A stretch of DNA of 63,789 nucleotides, filler included, from Octopus bimaculoides (GCF_001194135.2; 7 parts of 5 records of this genome joined end to end with filler, not necessarily neighbours in it), one strand, 5' to 3'; shown: positions 39,486-51,989, numbered from the whole stretch's first letter. Notes: generated by a model from the sequence alone, not told the origin. Numbers and translations are program-made.

Positions 39486-40391
39486 ATTTGCTTTACAAAA
39501 TATGGCGAGGATCGAGGAAGACGTTTTTGAATTTTGGGAAATAAGGCTCTAAATAGAGCTATTTCCGATTTGAAATATATATTTTCCCGGAGTATTTTNN
39601 NNNNNNNNNNNNNNNNNNNNNNNNNNNNNNNNNNNNNNNNNNNNNNNNNNNNNNNNNNNNNNNNNNNNNNNNNNNNNNNNNNNNNNNNNNNNNNNNNNNN
39701 NNNNNNNNNNNNNNNNNNNNNNNNNNNNNNNNNNNNNNNNNNNNNNNNNNNNNNNNNNNNNNNNNNNNNNNNNNNNNNNNNNNNNNNNNNNNNNNNNNNN
39801 NNNNNNNNNNNNNNNNNNNNNNNNNNNNNNNNNNNNNNNNNNNNNNNNNNNNNNNNNNNNNNNNNNNNNNNNNNNNNNNNNNNNNNNNNNNNNNNNNNNN
39901 NNNNNNNNNNNNNNNNNNNNNNNNNNNNNNNNNNNNNNNNNNNNNNNNNNNNNNNNNNNNNNNNNNNNNNNNNNNNNNNNNNNNNNNNNNNNNNNNNNNN
40001 NNNNNNNNNNNNNNNNNNNNNNNNNNNNNNNNNNNNNNNNNNNNNNNNNNNNNNNNNNNNNNNNNNNNNNNNNNNNNNNNNNNNNNNNNNNNNNNNNNNN
40101 NNNNNNNNNNNNNNNNNNNNNNNNNNNNNNNNNNNNNNNNNNNNNNNNNNNNNNNNNNNNNNNNNNNNNNNNNNNNNNNNNNNNNNNNNNNNNNNNNNNN
40201 NNNNNNNNNNNNNNNNNNNNNNNNNNNNNNNNNNNNNNNNNNNNNNNNNNNNNNNNNNNNNNNNNNNNNNNNNNNNNNNNNNNNNNNNNNNNNNNNNNNN
40301 NNNNNNNNNNNNNNNNNNNNNNNNNNNNNNNNNNNNNNNNNNNNNNNNNNNNNNNNNNNNNNNNNNNNNNNNNNNNNNNNNNNNNNNNNNN

Positions 40392-41861
40392 CCGCATTAG
40401 GGTAGAGGGATTTTAAAGTGTGGTGTAATATTGGCATGATATGGTAAATTTTTATATGATTAGGTGGCGTCGTGTATGGGTGGTTGTTTGTTTTGATGTT
40501 TTTTGTTGTGTTTGTTTTTGTATTTATGTAGTTCATTAATTCTGTGTTTGTAGTGTCTGTTGCTGTGAGCATGTTTTCTGTATGTGTTCTTGTGGTGTTG
40601 ATGTCTGTGGTATGTTTGGAGACGATGGTTTCGGGAGATGTATATCTCCCTGCTTTGTTGGTGTTTGCATTTGGTTTGGTTCTTTTTTTACTCCTTTTCT
40701 TCCGCACTTTTCGGGCTAGTTGCCACTCACTACTGCTACTTTCGTCCTCGGACGAGTCTTCTGGGGAATCGGAAGTGGGTAAGGGCATGTCGTGTGCTTG
40801 TTTGTTGAAGTGGGTGTGTTGTTGATGGTTGTTGATTATCTGCTTGTGGTGTATGTGATGTGGGAGAAAGAGAATTAGTTTTTGTATTGTCTTTTGCTTT
40901 TACAGTTTCCTTAGTTCTTGTAGTTGTTTGTGTTTTTTCGGGTACATTTGTTGGTGTAGGCGGGTTTGGTTTGTGGGATTCTTCTGTCTTGCTCCTTTTG
41001 CTCGTTCTTTGTGTTGGTGGTGGTGTGGGTAGTCGGGGTCCATTTTTGGCTGTTTTTCCTTCTTCTTGTTTTTTGTTATCTGTTGNNNNNNNNNNNNNNN
41101 NNNNNNNNNNNNNNNNNNNNNNNNNNNNNNNNNNNNNNNNNNNNNNNNNNNNNNNNNNNNNNNNNNNNNNNNNNNNNNNNNNNNNNNNNNNNNNNNNNNN
41201 NNNNNNNNNNNNNNNNNNNNNNNNNNNNNNNNNNNNNNNNNNNNNNNNNNNNNNNNNNNNNNNNNNNNNNNNNNNNNNNNNNNNNNNNNNNNNNNNNNNN
41301 NNNNNNNNNNNNNNNNNNNNNNNNNNNNNNNNNNNNNNNNNNNNNNNNNNNNNNNNNNNNNNNNNNNNNNNNNNNNNNNNNNNNNNNNNNNNNNNNNNNN
41401 NNNNNNNNNNNNNNNNNNNNNNNNNNNNNNNNNNNNNNNNNNNNNNNNNNNNNNNNNNNNNNNNNNNNNNNNNNNNNNNNNNNNNNNNNNNNNNNNNNNN
41501 NNNNNNNNNNNNNNNNNNNNNNNNNNNNNNNNNNNNNNNNNNNNNNNNNNNNNNNNNNNNNNNNNNNNNNNNNNNNNNNNNNNNNNNNNNNNNNNNNNNN
41601 NNNNNNNCTGTTGTTGCTGTTGTTGTTGCTGCTGCTGCTGTTGCCGGTGGTGATCGTAGCAGACATAGCTTTCATATTGGTGGTGGTGGTGGTGAGAGGG
41701 CTGTCAATATGTGTGGTTGCTGTTTTGATGACGTTCTTAGAAATTTCTTTTTGTGTGCGCGTGCAGTTTTCATTCTTTTTCTTCTCTAGCGTTCCAAGGC
41801 TAGGGAAATGATGTTCGAAGAAAGGACTGGAACAGCGTTCCAAAACAATGTTTCTCGACAT
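40392..41861 (-). mobile_element. L1/Tx1-type ORF1-like unit 1 (N- and C-terminal parts; core presumably in gap 41086-41607)
   Basis: N-terminal FFEHHFPSL plus T/N/S-rich linker (41861-41608). After the gap, one stop-free frame 41085-40392: TDNKKQEEGK..PTPPPT..DSSEDESSSSEWQLARKVRKKRSKK.., the acidic-then-basic tail typical of Tx1-like ORF1. RRM and knuckle not visible. Confidence 0.55.
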
Positions 41862-42065
41862 TTTTCCAAATGCCGAGAAAAAATTTATATTTTGACGGGG
41901 CTGGAACTGCCCCTAGGGGCCAATTCCTCCCTTCGAAAAAAATACACAAATGAAGCTTGGGTGCTTCGCACAGATTATATGAAAAACTTTTAAACAAATG
42001 TGGGCAATATAAGGTCAAAAAAAGGTTTACCTCTGCAGCCGATGTGACAGCACGTCCGTCAGAAG

Positions 42066-42099
<34 letters not shown>

Positions 42100-42152
42100 G
42101 CAGATAGATAGATAGGCAGATAGATAGATAGGCAGATAGATAGATAGATAGA
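42066..42152. repeat. (GATA)n/(GGCA) tetranucleotide microsatellite
   Basis: Direct reading. Confidence 0.9.
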
Positions 42153-42200
42153 TGCAATGTACAGAAGACAAAAACCGAGACAGATGAGGGAACAACAAGC

Positions 42201-42241
<41 letters not shown>

Positions 42242-42843
42242 TGTGTATGTGCGCGCGTGCGTATGTGTTTATGCGTTTTATGCACACATGTATGCATGCA
42301 CGTATAACTGGAGAGAGAGAGAGAGAGGGAGAGAGAGAAAATGAGAGAAAGTAAGAGAGGCAGATAGGTAGGTAGGTGGCTATAGACAGCCAAACATGTG
42401 TGATATGCGATGTTGAAGAAGAGAAACTAGCCAGTTCTGTATGTTTGGTCCGAATCACGTTCTCCCAGAACTGCTGTTTTTACTGTTCCCGTCTGTTTAC
42501 ATCAACGACTTAGTTCAATATACAACGACAAACGTCAATATTTATACTGAAAACAATCAGCGGTTCTTAGAACATCGCCTACTGGCGTCATTTTCGGCTG
42601 GTTTCTCTCGCAGAGATACAATCCGCTGGTTATTCGTTACACGCTCCTCGGTCTCTCTTCTATTAGTGCCATCCGGTTCTTTACATTGGCATCAAATCAA
42701 TGTCGTTATTGACCAAAGGTATCAAAACAAAGTTTGTTGAGTTCAGTGAGCGATTCCACTGTAAAATATCAACGAAGTGGTGTGTCCGGGGGGCCGGGTA
42801 ATATTGGAGAGCCGGGGTGCTGGGAAATAATAATAATAATAAT

Positions 42844-42875
<32 letters not shown>

Positions 42876-43360
42876 AATAATGGCTAGGTATACAGGGGGT
42901 TACGTTGAAAGGCGTGTTCGAACAATGAAACTAAATGGATGTTTGCTCTACGTGAAAGGAAACAGAACCACTGACAGCAAAGTAACTGACAGCCATTTTT
43001 AAACACTTCCACGCATGCGCAAACTGTTTCTCTCATACCCAAGCACAAACATTCAAGCTATTCCGTGGAATTTCTCGCTCACATTCTGCAATTAAACAAA
43101 ACAAGTGAATGTTGCGCTCATGCTATTTATTTGACATCTTTTACTTGTTTCAGTCATTAGACTGCGGCCATGCTAGAGCACCGCCTTGAAAAGTTTTAGT
43201 CGAACGAACTGACCCCAGTAATTATTTTCTATTAAGCCTGGTACTTATTCTGTCGCTCTCTTATTACTGAACAGCTAACTTACGGGGACGTAAACACACC
43301 ACCACCGGTTGTCAAGTAATGGTGGGACATACACTCACACACACATTATATATACATATA

Positions 43361-43687
43361 TCGTATTTGATGGCCAAAAAGACGTACCTTTTTTTTACCC
43401 CAAAATGGCTTCAAAAATCCCCCTGCGTCCAATGCAGGCTCAAAACTAGCCGGCGACCTATATATTTACAAAATGTGTGCTGCCATCTACTGGTGAACAA
43501 TCGCCTACGGTATGTTTATATCAAATGTGGATACAATAAATTGCTTATAATTACCGGTAACAACAAAGTTATACAGGTAAGTGGAAGAATTAAAACAATG
43601 TTTTAGTAGTAATTTATTTTACAAAAGTATAGCCAAGGCTAGGGTGCGTCCTATGCACTCGTGCGTCTTACAGGCCGTTAAATACGG
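43361..43687. mobile_element. 327-bp Tc1/mariner-pogo-type MITE
   Basis: Imperfect TIRs TCGTATTTGATGGCCAAAAAGACGTAC and GTGCGTCTTACAGGCCGTTAAATACGG, flanked by TA on both sides. Confidence 0.7.
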
Positions 43688-43704
43688 TATATACATCCAT
43701 ACCT

Positions 43705-44004
43705 GGTTGCCAGTGTAGTATGTAATCTACATGTTTCTGGTGTAGCTTGTATTCTACATTAGTTCAAATCGTATAGCTTGATATCTACACCGACTTTTTA
43801 ATGATATCCGTGTGTATACAAAGAGTCACAGTATCCATGTTTCTAGTATGAAATAAAAATCAATGAAAATTTTTTTCTTTTATTTTTTAAATGTTTAACT
43901 CATTCCTCTAATTATAATTGCAAATTTATAAAAAAAAGTTTGAAGGTAGATCGCAAGCGAGTCTAGATTTAAGTTGCTGTAGATCACAAACTACACCGGC
44001 ACCC
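43705..44004. mobile_element. 300-bp MITE, superfamily unassigned
   Basis: 27-bp TIRs GGTTGCCAGTGTAGTATGTAATCTACA and TGTAGATCACAAACTACACCGGCACCC (23/27 match); no clear TSD. Confidence 0.65.
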
Positions 44005-44005
44005 A

Positions 44006-44046
<41 letters not shown>

Positions 44047-44438
44047 CATGTAAAATAATGTACATTTAATACACATTAGAGATGCCCATAAGGAGCATCT
44101 AACCCGCTAGAAGGAGCAGCCAAGGCTCTACACCACAAAAAAGGGATAATTTCGAAAAGGAATGAAAAATAAAAACATTTACCATCTATATTTCGAACCA
44201 GGTTTCAAGTTATTTTAGAAAAACAAACTATTTATTCTGCCAGACCAACTATCATCAGCGAAATAGCCTAGAGCGACACTATATGCACGAGGCACTCCAT
44301 CTGACTTGTGCATATATGTCTAATTTTTCAAAATTACCGCGCATGTGCGGAATACCTAATCGGCAGCAAATACAAAAAAAAATACCCTTAGACTTATATA
44401 TATATAAGCATATAAATACACACACACACACAAACAGT

Positions 44439-44821
44439 GGAGGCACAACGGCCCAGTGGTTAAGGCAGCGAACTTGCGGTCGTAGGATCGCGGCTTCGAT
44501 TCCCAGACCGGGCGTTGTGAATGTTTATTGAGTGAATGTTTATTGAGCGAAAACACCTAAGGCTCCACGAGGCTCCGGCAGGGGCAGTGGCGAACCCTGC
44601 TGTACTCTTTCACCACAACTTTCTCTCCCTATTTCTATTGTACCTGTATTTCAATAGGGCCAGCCTCGTCACACTCCGTGTCACTCTGAATCTCCCCGAG
44701 AACTGCGTTAAGGGTTCACGTGTCTGTGGAGTACTCAGCCACTTGCATGTTAATTTCACGAGCAGGCTGTTCCGTTGATCGGATCAACTGGAACCCTCGT
44801 CGCCGTAACCGACGGAGTGCC
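44439..44821 (+). mobile_element. Full-length tRNA-derived SINE family B
   Basis: tRNA-like head, body matching 27919-28232, 3' tail ending AACCGACGGAGTGCC then (TA)n; internal 15-bp duplication GAATGTTTATTGAG(T/C). Confidence 0.88.
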
Positions 44822-44825
44822 GTAG

Positions 44826-44862
<37 letters not shown>

Positions 44863-45605
44863 AATATATGAGTATATGCATATATATGTACATGTATGTA
44901 TATACGTTCCTCAACATGTACATATAGATACATAACTGGGTACATGACGTGGCAAAAGAACAAGGACAAAATGGTAAATAATGTGCAACAAACAAGCAGG
45001 CCACATAGAAACATCCCCTTCCTCAGCTGCCAGCATTAAAACTCCGACGTTTCGAAGAATTAAGGCAGTACGCATCGTTAAAATGGTTCTTCCTACGAAC
45101 ACAAATTAAATTGTTTTCGTGGAGGGTAGTGGCGGACGGAAAACAAGACAGGAAAACGAAACGGTGAAATAAACAAACAAAAAGGCTGTACAGCCAGACG
45201 TGAAGTGTGTATGTCTTGAACGCTGTGAAGCACGTACAGGAGGGGCAAAGAAGTACGTGCGAGCTTGGTGATTCCAAGAACGAAAAGAAATAGCAGCCGC
45301 ACACACGTGACCAAGGCTGTGTGAAGAGAAAGAGTAGCAGAGGGAAAAGGAGGGGAGGAAGTAGAATAAAAGTGAGCAACGAGAGGTAGANNNNNNNNNN
45401 NNNNNNNNNNNNNNNNNNNNNNNNNNNNNNNNNNNNNNNNNNNNNNNNNNNNNNNNNNNNNNNNNNNNNNNNNNNNNNNNNNNNNNNNNNNNNNNNNNNN
45501 NNNNNNNNNNNNNNNNNNNNNNNNNNNNNNNNNNNNNNNNNNNNNNNNNNNNNNNNNNNNNNNNNNNNNNNNNNNNNNNNNNNCTGTAAGCCTGTTGTAT
45601 GTATG

Positions 45606-45652
<47 letters not shown>

Positions 45653-45888
45653 CAGGCTTCTTTTAGTTCCCATCTAGCAAATCCACTGACAAGTTTGGGT
45701 TGGCCCGAGGCTTTGGCAGAAGTCATTTGCCCAACGTGACATGCAGTGAGAACTCGAAACCATGCGGTCGGGAAGCAGGATTCTTACCACGCAGCCACTC
45801 CTGAGTCTCATCTTATTCTTAATAACCTTCTGGAAAATTCAGAAGTGAATATTTGGCCTCCATCGGCGAATACCTCGTCTCTTTAGAC

Positions 45889-46150
45889 CAGCGGTTCTCA
45901 ACCGGGATCAATAAGATCTTTGGGGATCCATACGACCCTTAAGGGTCCATATAACCCTGGCGGTCCCTATAAGATTTTGTTGTTAGAATTTATCAGTAAT
46001 AAATTGGTCATACTTTGCCAATACACGAAATATTTTATTGATCTTTTTTTTGTACAATTCATAAGAATTTCGAAGATATGATAACATTTTTAGAATAGCG
46101 AATGGCTACGAGGGTTCTTCTGAGTAAAATAGGAATTAATAATCCAGACT
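45889..46150 (+). mobile_element. hAT (Charlie-like) element left end or MITE fragment
   Basis: Begins CAGCGGTTCTCAACC, the Charlie-type TIR, with GGGTCC subterminal repeats; partner TIR not found. Confidence 0.55.
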
Positions 46151-46775
46151 TAAACAGCTCACGATTTAATTTCGATTAGTGTTTGATGCTAACCACCACT
46201 TGTTGTAATAGTTCGTATGCAGCTGTGTCGATGGCCTCCTTATACCCCGTGCTTCATAACGATTATATAATATCAAATAAGCTATTAGTATAATATATAA
46301 AATTATCCTGGTACATTTTATAATTTAAATAAGCTGTAGTTATCTTATTAAACTTAGTAATTTTAAATTAGAGCAATCGTCTGCCAGCTGTCATTTTCCT
46401 ACACAAATACGATTAACATGAAATCCAGATATGTTATTGTTTAGCTTATAAACATTTTCAAGCAGATAACATTTTTCAAGGAAATTTAATATAGATTTTG
46501 AACGTAATATAATTTTTTTTTTTTTTTTAATTTTTATTTCCACAATAATTTGATTTTAGTGCTTCACTATTCTGGTTTGTTATAGTGACGTTAATCTTTA
46601 TCGGAAAGGTTAAATATATTTCGTGAGTATTTCAATGGCGATTATATCATAGCTATGTCTAAATCTCTTGATTTCTTTTCTTTTTTTCTAAATAAATGAA
46701 GGTAGAATATAATTGCAACATTTGATTTAGCGCCAAATCGCAAGAACACAAGACAATGATATTTCAAGCAGGGAG

Positions 46776-47965
46776 GGCGGCGAGCCGGCAGAATCATTAG
46801 CACGCCGGGCAAAATACTTTGCGGTATTTCGTTTACCGCTACATTCTGAGTTCAAATTCTGCTGAGGTCGACGAGCTTTCCAAATTGTTTGTTCGTTGGG
46901 CGAAATGTTTAGCGAGATTCGATCCGTCTTTACGTTCTTAGTTCAAATTGCGCCGCGGTCGACTTTGCTTTTCATCCTTTCGGGATCGATAAAGTATCAG
47001 TTAAGAACTGGTGTCGATGTAATCGACTTAGCCCCCTCCCCTCAAAATTGCTGACCTTGTGCAAAAATTTGAAACAATTATTATTAGTATTTGGCGGTGG
47101 GAAATGTTTACACAACATAAAAAATAACGATTTTCTTAAAAAGATTTTGGATTTAAGCTTTTTTATATTCTTTTCTACTCTAGGCACAGGGCCCGAGATT
47201 TTGTGGGAGAGGACCAGTCGATTAGATCGACCCTAATATGCAACTGGTACTTAATTCATCGACCCCGAAAGGATGAAAGGCAAAGTCGAACTCAGCAGAA
47301 TTTGAACTCAGGACGTAAAGACAGACGACATACCACGAACCATTTCGCCCGGCATGCTAATGTTTCTTATTTCTTTGCTGCCCACAAGGGACTAAACATA
47401 GAGGGGACAAACAAGGACAGACAAAGGGGGTTAAGTCGATTACATAGACCCCAGTACACAGCTGGTACTTAATTTATCAACCCTGAAAGGATGAAATGTA
47501 AAGTCGACCTCGGCGGAATTTGAACTCAGGACGTAAAGACAAGACGACATACGACGAACCATTTCGCCCGGCGTGTTACCGTTTCTCCCAGCTCAACGCC
47601 TTAATTTGAAACCAACATTATTAGCATTTGGCGGTGAGAAATATTTACACAACAAAAATAAAATCAGATTTTGCATTTAATCTTTCCTATACGTTACCTT
47701 AAATAAAACTTTTAAATTGTATTTAATGTACAGCTTATAACTCCTATACATTTAATGGACTCTCCCAACATCTTAAAAACTGGAAGTTGTTCTTTATTTG
47801 ATATTGTATTTTTTTCGGTCTGTGTTCAAATTCCGCCGAGGTCGACTTTACCTTTCATCCTTTCGGGGTCGATAAATTAAGTACTAGTTGCGCACTGGGG
47901 TCGATCTAATCGACTGGCCCCTCCCCAAAAAAATTCGGGCCTTGTGGCTAGTTAGAAAAGGATAT
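46776..47965. mobile_element. Cluster of five SINE family A monomers (+ 46776-46872, + 46890-47075, - dimer 47163-47600, + 47820-47965)
   Basis: Mutual similarity; the minus dimer has the same monomer-1 tail (CCCTTTGTCTGTC..GGGCA..AAAGAAATAA) as 26849-27281. Confidence 0.85.
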
Positions 47966-48230
47966 TGTATTTTTTGCTTTCTTATTTATTTATTAGTTTA
48001 TAAGTTAATCTTTACACACACACACACACACACACACACAGGCGCGCGCATGTTATGTACGGGGCTGCCTTTGTTTTTGCTGGTCAACTGGATGACATCA
48101 AGGTCCGTCTTGTATTCGTCTATATTTTCAAATGTTTGCGCGCGTCAGTGTGTGCATGTATATGTATGTGTGTGTGAGAGAGAGAGAAAGAGAGAGAGAG
48201 TGTGATAGAAAGAGTCTTTCTATGTGTCGT

Positions 48231-48515
48231 GAAGGCACGTAGCTTAACAGTGACGGTGTTCGGTTCACGATTGTAAGGTCGTCGGTTCGAATCCTGGCAG
48301 CGCGTTGGGTCCTTGAGCAAGACACTTTATTTCACGTTGCTCGTGTCTGTTCAGCTGGCAAAAATGACTTTGTACCTCGCTGAATCTCCCCGAGAACTAC
48401 ATTAAGGGTACACGTGTCTGTGGAGTGCTCAGCCACTTGCACGTTAGTTTCACGTTCAGGCTGTTCCACTGATCGGATCAACTGGAACCCTCGTCGTCGC
48501 AACCGACGGATTACC
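48231..48515 (+). mobile_element. Chimeric SINE: family C head and CORE-like domain joined to the family B 3' tail
   Basis: 48231-48365 matches family C (GTCCTTGAGCAAGACACTTTATTTCACGTTGCTC); 48377-48512 matches 44680-44818. Confidence 0.8.
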
Positions 48516-49933
48516 ACATTTTTTCATGTGTGTGTGTGTGTGTGTGTGTGTGTGAGTTGTCAGGGGCAATGGATGGGACAATTGAGAAGCCGGGTGGGAG
48601 GACAGAAGGGTGGTTGATGGCAGAAAGGTTGACCGGGACGGACACAAACTACAGGAGAGAAGGTGCGATTGATACGGAGGCAAGGGTGCAGGTACGGGCT
48701 GCAGGAATAAAGTTGGATGGATGACCGCGTCGAGTAGATTCGCATGAGTCTGTAGTTGGTCTCACTGTTATAAATAACCATATTCTCTACTCTCCACAGA
48801 CTCTTGCATGGCAACTGACCTTACCAAACATTTAGAAATAACGATTTCAACTTTTAGCGCAAGGCTAGTAATTTTGAGGGAAAGGATAAGTCGATTACAC
48901 CGACCCCAGTATTTAACTGGTACTTATTTTATCGACCCCGAAAGGACTAAAGGTAAAGTCGACTCCTGCGGAATTTGGCCCGGCGGCACACAAGTGATTC
49001 TGCCGGTTTGCCGCCTTCGGGGACTTTGAAATAACGATCAACAATAACCTCAACCTGTTGGAGCGCCTACGTCACTAATAAAGTTGAAATGGCTAGACCA
49101 AAATATTCATAGCTGTGGAGAAGAAGAATATGTAGTGATAACGAATTCTTGCATCGCCACAAAACCTCAAATTTATGGGAACAGAAACGGGATTAGGAGG
49201 CTGTTATGCCTTTTCTCAAAACTTTTGTGGTGTAAACAAAGTGAACGAGTTTTTAAGCGAGACTCGAAATCGAGGCAACCATTCTTTCCATCGAGTTTAG
49301 CTCTTAAACCATACAATTCTCTTGAGTATTGTAATTCTTAGCACAAAAGTGGAACTATCAACTGGAATAATGGCCAAAGAAATGAAATCAATTAATAGAG
49401 TCTTAAAATAGATCGGTATCTAACTGCATTAGATATTCCAGGCGATTACAGAATGAATAATTGATAAACGTTTAGATGGGTTCACAGGGTTCCCCAATGA
49501 GAAAAACTATGCCATTGAACTAAGATTTACTTCAATCGTATATCATGCTTTTTACAATCTTCGTGGCAATGTGATTGGTTTAGAGGGAACCATATAAGCG
49601 GCCATTGCAATGTAAATTTTACTACTTAACTCAGGATAATTGCCAAGAGTTGGTTTTTAGCTGAAGAATGAAACAAATATTTAAAAATAAAACCTTTTTA
49701 ATGGAAGTGTTTTGCAATAAAACAGTAAACTGTGGTTAGCAATGAAATTATTTACCACAAAAGAATAGAATCATAGAAATGGTAAAGCGCTGCGCAAAAA
49801 TTTTTACAATAGATAATGCTGCCATCTCAATGATTTAAATTCAAATCATACCTGGTTGCACTTTGTTCTTAATCCCTTAAGGTCCGTAATATAGATATCA
49901 CGCGGGAAACTGTCGTAATTTTATTGATTTTAT

Positions 49934-50359
49934 TGGTTTTCTATAAACGTGTGGATTCGCAAAACATGATTGCATGAAAGCTAGCAGATATATAATGATG
50001 TGTCTATTCATTCTTGTACAAATCGTTTAAAAGGGAGGTGTTCTGCGAAATACACCAGAGATCAGTATTTTCAGGTTCAAATCTGTGAGAAGGAAATGGG
50101 AATAAATACATATGTTATTGTTTAAATTCTTGCCGTTCTTTGTACACCTCAGTTTGGCAGATATCAACATGCATCAGCAAATAATTTACTGATTTCTATA
50201 AACGAAAGCCAATACTTTAGTTTAGAATCATTGATCTTGAATAGCTTTGACTGAAGAGACACAAAATATGGTCAAAACATTTTACTGGTTTTCTATAAAC
50301 GTGTGGATTCGCAAAACATGATTGCATGAAAGCTAGCAGATATATAATGATGTGTCTAT
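49934..50359 (+). repeat. Perfect 74-bp direct repeat (49934-50007 and 50286-50359)
   Basis: TGGTTTTCTATAAACGTGTGGATTCGCAAAACATGATTGCATGAAAGCTAGCAGATATATAATGATGTGTCTAT twice. Confidence 0.9.
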
Positions 50360-50779
50360 CCTGTCTGGTACAAATCTCAAAGACCCCTTACGTCAATGAA
50401 CTGCATGTTCTATGAACACACATCATCCAAAGGGACATATAATAGTGGTTAGCATACTCGCGTTACGAATTAGATATTAGAATGCGTTTGCTAGAAATAT
50501 CGCTTGGAAAGACTCTTTTCCGGAATCAATAAGGAAATTATTTTCAAAAACTGCTATCAGTTTGAAGAGATTTGTTAACTGGTTTCGATTTTGGCTTAAA
50601 GCGGTTTCTTTACGGTAATAATTGTTTCAAATATGAAAGAACATATAACTGTTATAAGGATTGCTTAATTAACAAATAACCATCCACGACTTCTCCCATA
50701 TTATCATGTTATTGTCATAGATATGATATTGCTCTGCATTTACAATTACGTTGGCCTGCATTATTGCCTCTAATTCTAA

Positions 50780-51440
50780 GGCGGCGACCTGGCAGAATCG
50801 TTACCACGCCGGGGAAAAATGCCTAGCAGCTTTTCGCCCGTTTTTTGCATTCTGTGTTCAAATCCCGTTGAGAGTGACTTTGCTTTTCATCCTTTTCGGG
50901 TTCAATAAAAAAAGTACTTGTCGAGCACAGGAGTCCCTATAATCGACAAGCCCCTTTCTCCAAATTTCAGGCCTCGTGTCTATAGTAGTAAGAACTATTA
51001 GATCGAATTGTTGCCGATTGATGTGTATTTATCGGTTTGTTTAAGCATGGTTTCATTAGAGTTTTTTTGGTGTTTTTACTTGTATTTTTATAACTTAACA
51101 CTGCTATTACCTTGATACGTTTCCAAACGAGGATAACAAACGTTGATAACACAAGCAAAAACCAAAAGCCAACAGTTAAAAAGGTCCACATATTCAGATA
51201 ACGAACGGAATATAATAATAATAATAATAATCTTTACTACTCTAGGCACAAGGCCCGAAATTTTGGGGGGAGGGGCCAGTCGATTAGATCGACCCCAGTA
51301 CGCAACTGGTACTTAATTTATCGACCCCCGAAAGGATGAAAGGCAAAGTTGACCTTAGCGGAATTTGAACTCAGAATGTAAAGACAGACGAAATATCGTT
51401 AAGCATTTCACCCGGCGTGCTAACGTTTCTGCCAGCTCGC
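50780..51440. mobile_element. Inverted pair of SINE family A copies (+ 50780-50995, - 51231-51440)
   Basis: Direct similarity, tail-to-tail orientation. Confidence 0.85.
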
Positions 51441-51989
51441 NNNNNNNNNNNNNNNNNNNNNNNNNNNNNNNNNNNNNNNNNNNNNNNNNNNNNNNNNNNN
51501 NNNNNNNNNNNNNNNNNNNNNNNNNNNNNNNNNNNNNNNNNNNNNNNNNNNNNNNNNNNNNNNNNNNNNNNNNNNNNNNNNNNNNNNNNNNNNNNNNNNN
51601 NNNNNNNNNNNNNNNNNNNNNNNNNNNNNNNNNNNNNNNNNNNNNNNNNNNNNNNNNNNNNNNNNNNNNNNNNNNNNNNNNNNNNNNNNNNNNNNNNNNN
51701 NNNNNNNNNNNNNNNNNNNNNNNNNNNNNNNNNNNNNNNNNNNNNNNNNNNNNNNNNNNNNNNNNNNNNNNNNNNNNNNNNNNNNNNNNNNNNNNNNNNN
51801 NNNNNNNNNNNNNNNNNNNNNNNNNNNNNNNNNNNNNNNNNNNNNNNNNNNNNNNNNNNNNTTTTTGAAAGTTACAAAAAACATGAATGCAGAAATAACA
51901 GCAAACTCTTTTGAAAAAAGAAAAGTAAAAATACCAAAGAAATATTTTGACAAAGTGAAATTTACGTGTGTTTTTTTTCCAACTGAAAC

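Noticed and set aside
44439-44515. tRNA gene (also the heads at 27919, 22485, 48231)
   Set aside because: A/B-box-like heads continue into SINE bodies and I could not form a full cloverleaf.
45030-45100. Functional hammerheads at 45030-45100, 28620-28680, 34395-34465 and 63024-63060
   Set aside because: Partial core words are present, but helix I or the core fails to form, so they are not supportable as ribozymes.
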